From contig NC_045138.2 in the NCBI RefSeq assembly GCF_008831285.2, forward strand, positions 37,386,001-37,450,000: a stretch of 64,000 bases of DNA. Reading direction: 5' to 3'. Positions 13,809-24,129 of this stretch are shown here, piece after piece. Within the stretch, counting starts at the first letter, position 1; each line of letters opens with the position of its first letter. The notes beneath the pieces were generated by a model. The model was given only the letters and a program-made list of their open reading frames with translations, was not told the origin of the DNA and searched no databases. This DNA comes from Nymphaea colorata (lineage: Eukaryota). The position numbers and the translations under genes were made by a program.

Positions 13809-16800
13809 ATGGAAGGCCGTTCTTTGGCGGAGACGTCCACCTGGGCTTTCTCTGCTGTCTTCGCTGTGTTGATTGCTGTCTCTGTCCTCATCGAACACGC
13901 TTCACAGATTGCCACGCGAGTACTGCGCTCTCTTTTGTTTTTTCTCTCTCTCCTTTTCTCTCTATGAATTGAAATTTGCCAGATATTTAATTTTGTTGGT
14001 TCTACTTTTAGTATCTTTGGAGAAGAAGGAAAAAGGCTCTGATCAAGGCTCTTCAGAAGATAAAGGAAGGTTAGAAGAGTTCGGAATGAACATGGTTACT
14101 TCTTTTATATTTGATTGGTTTTCTCACAGCTGGTGTGTACATATATGTGTAGAACTCATGCTGCTGGGCTTCATATCTTTGCTGCTCACGGTTGCTGAAA
14201 AACCCATCACAAAGATCTGCGTCACTAAAAGCGTTAGTGAGACTTTCCTTCCTTGCTTTCTCTCCCATGAAACGAGCAAAGGAGAGTTGAATCATGGAGT
14301 TCAAGAAATGTCTTCGTGCGAAAAGAAGGTAACAGTGAATTTAACAAGGAAGAGAGAAAAACAAAATTGTTTGCAAGCCTTGTATCAAACTTTTAGTTGT
14401 AGACGCAAGTAACTGGGGAGCTTCCCTTTGTCTGCTCATGATGTTTAGGGTATGGTTTCCTTAATATCTGAAAAAGGAATAAAGCAGCTTCATATCTTCA
14501 TATTTGTTCTGGCTGTCTTCCACGTCTTCTTCAGCCTGGTCACCATGACCCTAGGCTTGGCCAAGGTCTGAGAACTGCCATTTCATATATTCTGTTAATT
14601 TTAGTTAGTGAAGCCATTAACTGAGATCATGAATGGTCGTGACCTAGATGAGGAGATGGAAAGCTTGGGAAAATGAGACACACACTCTCGAATACCAGAT
14701 TTCCTATGGTGAGAATAATTATTATTCTGACGCATGTACTTGGGAATGCGTTTCGCTCAGATTATTCATGTGTATTGGACTGCGAAATTTTGCAGACCCT
14801 CGAAGGTTCAGGCTTACAAGGCAGACCTCTTTTGGGCAGCGGCACTTGAAGTTCTGGAGCAACCATCCTCTCCTCCTCTGGCCTGTAAGTTCCAGCTTCC
14901 TTGCTTTAAACATCAGCAATTTGAGTTCATAATTCGCATATAGTTTACATTTTACAATCTTGATAGTAATTAGATGGATTAAGGGAGGATCTCGCTCATA
15001 GACACAGAGTCCTTAATTTCTTTTAATCAGACGTTCTTCTTTTTGTTTATGCAGGTGGCTTTTTTCCGCCAGTTTTTCGAGGGAGTATCGAAAGCAGACT
15101 ATTTCACTCTCAGACATGGATTCATTACGGTGAGAGATCTATAGCGAGAGAGAGAGAAAGAGAGAGAGATCTGTTTGATTGTTCATCTGATCATGCCTCT
15201 TTGGATATTCGATTCTCAGGCTCATCACTTGACGGGTGGTAGCAGCTTTGACTTCCACATGTACTTGGCGAGGGCACTTGACGAAGACTTTGAGGCGGTT
15301 GTTGGCATCAGGCACGTCTCATTCGCAAAAACAAACCATCAAATAGCTGAATGCATATATTTTATATCAATTAGTATACGCATTTGACTTTCCCTGGTAT
15401 TGATTCCTTTCCTTTTTTGTTTTCTGCAGTATATGGCTGTGGATTCTTTCACTATCTTTCATTTTCTTCAAGGCAGTTGGTAACCTTTCTCTCTCTCTCT
15501 CTCTCTCTCCCCCATTTTCTGACATTTCATATTGAGGGGTCTTGTATATTTGATTTACTGAGACTTTTCAAGCACTCATGAGGCCATTGGAAAGTATACT
15601 AATCAAGCTTGGACCTTAAGGCAAGCAACACTTTATGTGGGTTCCAAACATATAGTACACTGTGTCAATTTGGTTGCACTTCAAGTCGCCCCCATGACCA
15701 TGACCGAAGATTTTATCATTGTGTTTATAATTGCAAATACCATCTTCTAGAAGAAGTTCAACAATATTACTTAATGACTTGCCCTTCATTTGTTTGCAGT
15801 TTTTTATCACTATTTCTGGCTTCCATTTATCCCCTTAGCGGTAAGTTTAAGCAAGATCTATTCCTTAGATTCTCTTTAATACAACTACTTGCTCAGTTAT
15901 TCTAATTGTGTTGAATTTGGATCTGCAGCTGGTTTTGGTGGTGGGAACAAAGCTGCAAGTGATCATCACAAAAATGTGTGTAAGAAGTCATCGAAAATCA
16001 GAAGTGGTTGGAGGGTCTCTGCTGGTCAAGCCCGATGACAAGCTCTTCTGGTTTGGCCACCCTCAGTTTCTCCTCTACCTCATCCACTTCATCCTCTTCC
16101 AGGTAAGAGCTCCTTGAAGGGTCATAAACGGGTCGGGTTTGGGTCGGATGTACGCATATTTGAACTGACTTAAGCGAATCTGGTTTACTCAGACTTGGAT
16201 GTGGATCCAGGTATGAATTTAGTTAAAGCCTTTGAATAGATCACTAATGAAACAAATCAATACGCTTTTAACCATCCAGATTCGAAATCTCAGTCCAGTT
16301 CTGATGCAGGACTCCGACCCAGAGCCTAACCTGTTTAAGTAATCCAGAGGCTGTTCTAGATCTGTCTAAGACAAACTAAGTTCAGGTCTGTCGGACCTTT
16401 GGTTCAGACCCGGACCTCATTTGATGAATATTTCCTTTGATGGGTACCACATGAACAAAAGGGGAACGATATTTTCTTTGTATGTGCCACTTATCCAGCT
16501 TCATTAGTGTACAGAATGTGCAAATTTGGCCGAGGGACTCATTGGAGTTCGACTTGGAGACAGGTTCTTTGTTTTTCATTGGTACAGTCAGTGGCATGCC
16601 CCTTTTTGATATGTGACTCCATTGATGTGTGTTTCTGATGAATGGCGCCAAGCGCTGAGGTTTGCTCTGTGATCTTCTTCCTCCCTCATTGGACAACTTG
16701 AATCCGGTTTTTTGTACATGATATAGAAGAAAAAGTTGTTGACTTTTACTATAATATACATTATAGTAAAAGTCAACAACTTTTTCTTCTATATCATGTA

Positions 16801-18007
16801 CAAAAAACCGGATTCAAGTTGTCCAATGAGGGAGGAAAAATATCACAGACCAATATATATATCCACAACTTTTCATCAACTTATGAATAACTAAGTTGTA
16901 ATATTGCGACAGCCATTAATATGTGACCATATCAACAGCACTTTTTTAACATATAGTACTTTATATTCTAACTTAACTTCTAATGTGACAATATATGAAT
17001 GATCAGTTTGGTGAAATTCCATGCTTGTTGATGTAAAACTTGTTTAATTTCTTTTGTCGTCAACAAATTATGATGACATCCACAAAGCAATTTGTAGGAG
17101 TTATAGTTAAAAGGAGACAAATTAATACTGCTATTGCTGTTCTCTGCAGTATAAATATGTGGGTTATAATGCAAATGTTTATGAAACGTAACCTTTGATC
17201 TCTTCCATCTATAAACAGTTGAACGATTTCTTGTTTAATTCCTTGCAGAATTCCTTTCAACTGGCATTCTTAACGTGGAAAACAGTAAGTGATATAACTT
17301 TCTGTGTTTCATGTGTCTTTAATTCAAAGGCATGAACAACTTACTAAGTAGATCATGTTCGCTATGCAGATCGAGTTTGGCACAAATTCATGCATGCATG
17401 AGAAAGAGATAAGTAGCGTACTGAAGATTGTACTGGGAGTAGCAGTGCAGTTCATCTCCGGCTATGTGACTCTGCCACTCTATGCGTTAGTCACACAGGT
17501 ACTTTCCCAATTTCAAATCCAATTTACACTTTTTCATTCCGAAGAAACGGAAACCAAGTCAACATTCTGCTTGAATCTTTTAGTCTCAATGATCATATTC
17601 TAAATTGTGATCGAAACTGACAAGGATCACGGCCAATTGTTTGCATTCAACAGATGGGCAGCCGAATACGAGAGGCAGTGTTCCCGGAGCGCGTCGCCCG
17701 TGGCCTGAGAAACTGGCATGAAAGAGCACGTAAGAATGTGAAGAAGAACAAGGTCTCACCTAGCAGCAGCCTCTCACCAAGCCTCTCGCCCAGATACCTC
17801 CTCACAGCTACAAACTCGCTAGCTAGTGATTACAGATCAATGCCGAGCGCGAGCTCGACACCTGACTTTGTGAAGATTGATGTTCCCAATCTGGAGATAG
17901 CAGAGGTGGAAGGCCCCCAAGTTGTTGCCAGTGAGTGTCCTGCCAATGAGTCGACCTACAATGGCGAGATCTCATTTGGGGTACAGCCGCAGCAGGCCGA
18001 TGCTTAG
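13809..18007 (+). CDS. MLO: MLO-family seven-transmembrane protein (~520 aa); exons 13809-13919, 14012-14069, 14153-14328, 14449-14565, 14648-14708, 14796-14884, 15055-15129, 15220-15311, 15430-15479, 15800-15840, 15929-16102, 17249-17284, 17370-17498, 17654-18007
   Basis: MLO motifs in one continuous frame (1563 nt): [100 protein letters not shown], and a C-terminal calmodulin-binding-like [10 protein letters not shown]. Intron 8 is GC-AG. Clade not assigned. Confidence 0.95.
16666..16849. repeat. Long inverted repeat (hairpin) in MLO intron 11
   Basis: 16678-16755 is the exact reverse complement of 16760-16837 (78-bp arms, loop ATAC). It extends to 90-bp arms with 2 mismatches. Confidence 0.97.
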
Positions 18008-19531
18008 TTGAGATTCCATGGAATTTTCATGTTCTCTGTAGAAACAGGACAACTTCAATATCTCAAATAATGTAAATGAAAGTGATAGTCACTACTCTAC
18101 CACTTGGAGGTGGGTTTCATAAAAGATCACTTTGTGTTCTTAGAAGTAGAACACATGTTCCAAAAGTATTTGAGTGTTTGCAGAACATGCTGTGATCATA
18201 TTCAACATTTGACTGTCGAATTTAGAAGCAACGTTCGTAATTGCGATATATTTTTTGAGTGTGCGCCTGTTTCGGTTCCTTTTCTACAAAGAAACGATCG
18301 TCAGCCGTCCAATTAGACCACTGGATTATAAGATTCCCATGCTATAATATCAAACTCAGGAAGTTGCATCATTTCCACTAATAACATGAAAAAGGAATAT
18401 GCTGTTCACCTGTATGCTTGTTTAAGATCTGTAGTGTGCAGACTAAAATACTCTTGGCGGGTAAAAAGGAGAGGCCCTCTACAAGAATTAAAAAAGCAGT
18501 GAAAAAAAGTTTTAAAAGACTTTTTTTTCTTTTTTCTGAAGACTCTCTAAAATACTCAGGGCCCAACTATGCCTCCTTCGATCGGATTGTGCAAAGGATT
18601 TACACTTGCAGAAGCCACCACATTATGTTCTCTAACAAAAACTACATGCAATAAACCAAAAGAAAAAGAACAGTGAATGGAAATTAGATTACAATCTAAG
18701 TAATCAATGATAATTAAACCCAGTCCAAAACGGACATCATTGAGAACAAGTCATGCCTTGATGTATGAGGATTGATCATGTAACTTGGAAGGTATTGAGA
18801 AACTAAAAGCGATCAATAAAATAAAAAAATGACATGTTTAAAGATTAGGGCATTCCAAGAGAAAAAGAAAATGCATCAACCATTTGGTCAAGCGTTTGAA
18901 TGATAGGCTGTATGGAGCGCACTTGAAATGTGGTGGGAGACATGTTGTATATCTCGGGCTTGCAACTAATCCTATGTGGGACTCATCTACACCATTCCTT
19001 AATACTTATTTTTATGTCTGTGGTCATTAATTCCTCATTTATTTTATTTTGTATGGAAGACTTGAAAGTTTATGACACAAATAAACTCTAAACGGATTGA
19101 AAACCTAAATGAGAAAAAAAAAAAGAGACCACACGAGATGATAAACAAAAATAGAAAATTAAGCAAAAAATTATTTTTTACAAAAGACAAAAACCCTCTC
19201 AACGAAAAACAATGCTCAAGAAAATGGTCGAGAGGCGAGAGCTCGCCAAGCAACTGAAACTAAAAGGAGGAAAAAAAAAATAAATAAATAAAAACTTGTT
19301 TTGTTCAATAACATAGAAAAATAAAAAACCTTAAAATCGTGCCTTCCACCATGAACAGTGGATTCAACTCCGAACAAAAGAGGGCGAAGAGATCTGTAGA
19401 TGGCCGTATATGTACATATGCCATGCCACCCATTCTTGCCCTCCAAACTAAAGAGCGCGAAGATGGAGTACTCGCACGCCTCATCACCTCTTCTGGTTCT
19501 TTCCCTTTGTCTCTCAGCTGCCTTCTTCTTC
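16921..19531 (+). repeat. Copy 1 of a local segmental duplication (MLO intron 11 to start of the mini-FLA)
   Basis: Colinear, highly similar sequence recurs at 21047-23491, from ATGTGACCA...ATCAACAG to ...CTCAGCTGCCTTCTTC. Confidence 0.92.
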
Positions 19532-19960
19532 ACCACCACTGCCGCCCAACAGTCGCCGGCGTCAGCATCGTCTTCTGGCCCACCTCAGGGATCCGGTGCC
19601 GGCGGCCCGTATAAGCTGCACTTCAGCAATCTCTCCAGCCAGCAAGTGAACGTGAGCACCGGCGCGGTGGAGACGGCCATCGGTCATGCTGTAAACTTGA
19701 CGAAGCCGTTGGCTTTTTACCAGGTGGAGAAGGTGCTGCAGCCCGAGGTCACAGAATCTGGATCTGGACCATCAAGTGGTTCTCCGCCTCCTCCTCCTGC
19801 ACCCACCGGTAATGGAGGTCAAGCGGAGGCACCGGGTTCGGCCCAAGCGGAGGATGCCGGCTCCGCCGGTTCTCAGACGGGCGCAGCGCCGGTTGGTGTT
19901 AGAGCACAGTGGTGTCTGTTGGCCGTCACTTGCTTGGTTTGCCTCGGACTGATGATGTGA
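19463..19960 (+). CDS. Truncated-domain fasciclin-like arabinogalactan protein ('mini-FLA', 165 aa)
   Basis: Signal peptide MEYSHASSPLLVLSLCLSAAFFFTTTAA, then only the C-terminal part of FAS1 (GPYKLHF...QQVNVSTGAVET...PLAFYQVEKVL), a Pro/Ser/Gly/Ala-rich region and a hydrophobic GPI-type tail. ORF is uninterrupted. Confidence 0.8.
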   Translation: MEYSHASSPLLVLSLCLSAAFFFTTTAAQQSPASASSSGPPQGSGAGGPYKLHFSNLSSQQVNVSTGAVETAIGHAVNLTKPLAFYQVEKVLQPEVTESGSGPSSGSPPPPPAPTGNGGQAEAPGSAQAEDAGSAGSQTGAAPVGVRAQWCLLAVTCLVCLGLMM

Positions 19961-20861
19961 GAAAAGCGTCGTGTGACTTGTCTTCGTGTCTGTGCTACCG
20001 CATTCGAACTATTGGCAACTTCTTTTCTTATAATTTCTTTTAATAATTTTACAAAAGGGCTTTTAACTTTGGTGAAATAATACATAAATGCATCCTTACG
20101 TTTAAATTTTTTTTCTGTAATCATTTTTGGTGCTCAATTGAGGCGGTTGAATGAGAAGAACTCCAACATGGATAGTACCACATAAATTTATAAAAGCATC
20201 CTTAAGTTGAAATATAGGATCCCTTTCCAAGCTCTATATCGATAAGAAGTTCATGCATGTCTACGTTCATAAGAAACCAACACTACCAAAAAAAAAAAAA
20301 AAAAAAACCCAAGTCTATGGAATAATATTTGAGCACCTTAGCGTACTAATTGGAGCCAAAGCCTTTTTGTCATCAAGATCGGGAAGGTCATTCCATGAAA
20401 ATCACATATTAAGCACCATCAATGAAATGAACCCAATTCAATTGATTGCCACAGCAATCAGCAGCATGCTTGTGCTATACAGTTGTTGTCTCCTTCTCCT
20501 CGTCAAAGTTCAAACACTGTTGAGACAAAATTGTTACTTTCCAAGTCACATATACAGAGTGAGAGCACCGATTTAATTTTACACCGTTTACTGCGCAATA
20601 TAATTTATCGTTCGTCGGTTTCTACCAAGTTCTTTTCAAGTGCCATTTTGATTAAGATGAGTATTCCCCCTTAGCCCCTCCTATGCACTACCTCGAAAAG
20701 TGTAACATATATTTTCCTCCTCCCTTTTCTGATGATGTGGAACCATCAGGTCTAAGCGGTTGACTTACTGTAAAACTTGTGAACCTTAGTCTACTTGCCG
20801 GATGCTGCAACATGGCTAATATATGTTTAATTGATGTCAGTGCCAGAGCTAGAAATCTAAG

Positions 20862-20969
20862 CTATATATATGTGTGTATATATAGTGGGTTTGTACAGAG
20901 TGGGTTAAAATATATGTTATATATATAGTATACTATTAACATATAATATGTTATATATAACATATACAT

Positions 20970-21007
<38 letters not shown>

Positions 21008-21045
21008 CAACATAATATAACATATATAATATATGTATATTATAC
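20862..21045. repeat. (TA)/(TG) low-complexity tract at the left breakpoint of duplication copy 2
   Basis: Degenerate TA-rich sequence with a (TG)n run immediately before 21047. Confidence 0.8.
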
Positions 21046-21046
21046 C

Positions 21047-23491
21047 ATGTGACCACATCAACAGTACTTTTTTAACATATATTACTTTATATTCTTAAAA
21101 GTTTCTTCTAATGTGACTATATGAATGATCAGATTGGGCATGACGATTATATATACAAAGCAAAAAATGCTGCTTGGTGAATTTACATGCTTGTTGATGT
21201 AAAACTTGTTAAATTTCTCTTGTCGCCTACAAATTATGGTGACATCCACAAAGCAATTTGTAGGAGTTATTTTTAAGAGGAGACAAATTGCTACTGCTAT
21301 TGCTATTCTCTGCAGTATATATATGTGGGTGATAATGCAAATGTTTAACAAACGTAACCTTTGATCCCTTCCATCTATAAACAGTTGAACGACTTCTTGT
21401 TTAATTCCTTGCAGAATTCCTTTCAACTGGCATTCTTAACGTGGAAAACAGTAAGTGATATAACTTTGTCTGTTTCATGTGTCTCTAATTCAAAAGCATG
21501 AACAACTTACTAAGTAGATCATGTTCACTATGCAGATCGAGTTTGGTACAAATTCACGCATGCATGAGAAAGAGATAAGTACCGTACTGAAGATTGTGTT
21601 GGGAGTAGCAGTGGCAGTTCATCTCCGGCTATGTTGACTCTGCAACTCTATGCGTTAGTCACACAGGTACTTTCCAAATTTCATATCCAATTTATACTTT
21701 TTTATTCCGAAGAAACGGAAACCAAGTTAACATTCTGCTTGAATCTTTTAGTTTCAATGATCATATTCTAAATTGTGATCGAAATTGACAAGGATCGCTG
21801 CCAACTGTTTGCATTCAACAGATGGGCAGCCGAATACGAGAGGCAGTGTTCCCGGAGCGCGTCGCCCGTGGCCTGAGAAACTGGCTTGAAAGAGCACGAA
21901 AGAATGTGAAGAAGAGCAAGGTCTCAACTAGCAGCAGCCTCTCACCAAGCCTCTCGCCCAGATACCTCCTCACAGCTACTAACTCGCTAGCTGCCGAGCG
22001 CGACCTCGACACCTGACTTTGTGAAGATTGATGTTTCCAATCGGGTGATAGCAGAGGTGGAAGGCCCCCAAGTTGCCGCCACTGAGTGCCCTGCCAATGA
22101 ATCGACCTGCAATGGCGATATCTCATTTGGGTTGCAGCCGCAGCAAAACGATGCTTAGTTGAGATTCCATGGAATTTTCATGTTCTCTGTAGATACAGGA
22201 CAACTTCAATATCTCAAATAATGTAAATGGAAGTGATAGTCCCTACACTTACTGAAGCCACCACATTATGTTCCTTAACAAAACTACATGCAGTAGCAAA
22301 TCTAATATAACTTCAAAGATGCATTAGACTTTGTGAAAGTGTGATATTTCTAAATATTATAGATTGTATAATATCAAAGCCTTTATTTGTTCCATGAGCA
22401 ACCGAAAATTACAATTTCTTTTTGCATTTTATCGCATTGTCATTCAGAATTAATTTATAGATTGCTCAAGGGCTGGATCCGAATCTTCCACCGGTTCAAG
22501 AATTAGAACAACGGTTGCCCCCACCTATGCTGCATGGAAGTGTGCTGATGGCGATGACAATATTTGAGTTGAATGATATATCATAGGTCCAACAAGCCGA
22601 AACCTTGAATAAACATCAACGAAAATTAAAAGAAAATGAACAGTGAGTGGAAATTAGATTACAATATAAGTAAACAATGATAATTAAAACCAGTCCAAAA
22701 CGGGCATCATTGAGAACAAATCATTCCTTGATGTATGGGGATGGATCATGCACCTTGGAAGGCCAAAGAAAAACTAAAATCGATCAATAAAATAAAAAAA
22801 AAAATGTCATGTTTAAAAATTGCGGCATGCCAAGGGAATAGAAAATGCATCAACCATTTGGTCAAGCGTTTGAATGATAGGCTGTATGGAGCGCACTTGA
22901 AATGTGGTGGGAGACATGTTGCATATCACGGGCTTGCAACTAATCCTCTGTGGGACTCATCTACACCATTCCTTAATTCTTATTTTTATGCCTGTGGTCA
23001 TTAATTCCTCATTCATTTTATTTTGTATGGAAGACTTCAAAGTTTATGACCCAAATAAACTCTAAACAGATTGAAAACCTAAAGAAGAAAACAAAAAGAG
23101 ACCACAGGAGATGATAAACAAAATTGGAAAATTAAGCAAACATTATTTTTTACAAAAGACAAAAACCCTCTTAATGAGAAACAATGGTCGAGAGCTCTTC
23201 AAGCAACTGAAACTAAAAGGAGGCAAAAAAATTTAAAAACATCAAAATTGAAAAGAAAAGAAAAAAAAAAAAAAAACTTAAAATCGTGCCTTCCACCATG
23301 AACAGTGGATTCAACTCCGAACAAAAGATGGCGAAGAGATCTGTAGTTGGCCGTATATGTACATAAGCCATGCCACCCATTCTTGCCTCCAACACCAAGA
23401 GCCCACCAAAACAAAGAACGCGAAGATGGAGTACTCGCACGCCTCATCGCCTCTTCTGGTTCTCTCCCTTTGTCTCTCAGCTGCCTTCTTC
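21047..23491 (+). repeat. Copy 2 of the local segmental duplication
   Basis: Matches 16921-19531 with substitutions and indels. Lacks ~18094-18600 of copy 1 and carries ~22293-22630, which is absent from copy 1. Confidence 0.92.
21415..22158 (+). pseudogene. MLO 3' fragment pseudogene (copies of exons 12-14: 21415-21450, 21536-21666, 21822-22158)
   Basis: No upstream exons. Two 1-nt insertions in the exon-13 copy (GTGGCAG vs GTGCAG; ATGTTGAC vs ATGTGAC) and a 17-nt deletion (AGTGATTACAGATCAAT) in the exon-14 copy, giving a stop at 22016. Confidence 0.92.
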
Positions 23492-23506
23492 GATGTGCAC
23501 ATATAG
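23426..23506 (+). pseudogene. FLA 5' fragment: signal-peptide-only ORF MEYSHASSPLLVLSLCLSAAFFDVHI*
   Basis: The first 22 codons encode the same peptide as 19463-19528. Homology stops at ~23491, and a stop follows 4 codons later. Confidence 0.85.
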
Positions 23507-24129
23507 TTGATGCTCGCTAAGTTCAAAATAAAAACTAATTTATTATCAACCCCACCACCTAGTCTGCTGCACCAATCCCCTCAAAATTTTCTGAATACCA
23601 AGAAAATCTCTTAACTAAAAATTTCAATAATAATGTTTTTACCTAAAGAAACAGGGCACATACTGGGGGCCAAAATTTATTAAGTAAAAGCTAAAACATA
23701 ATATTCAATTCCCCATCTTTGACAAATTTACGGAGAAAATAAACATGCTGCGCAAACCAGCGCCAGCAAATATGGACTTGGCGAAGATAAATACTTAGAT
23801 CTTCCCTCTCCAGAAGTAGTCCTAAGAACGAAGAAACAAACAAAGAAAAAGAAATAAGTAAAAGCATCGCATTGAATTCTAATTCTTTAATCCCAATGAA
23901 TTTGAAAGAGGGGGACGACCGAAGGCATAAAGAATTGTGGGTCGCCCCTCTTCTCAGCGGAGTTCGGCCCGAGACTTAAATTAAAGATTATCTGTTCCAT
24001 GTCCCGTCGGCCGGTTCGGTCTCTCTCAATGGATCTTACGTGCCAGCACGTTCACCTCACCTACTCATGCCTTATACAAGAGCCCATGGCGTCCTGCCCA
24101 TTTTCCACGGCACCAAAACCACGAAGATA

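Noticed and set aside
23904..23953. Imperfect inverted repeat AAGAGGGGGACGACC / GGTCGCCCCTCTT upstream of an FLA
   Set aside because: Short and bulged; could arise by chance, with no other support.
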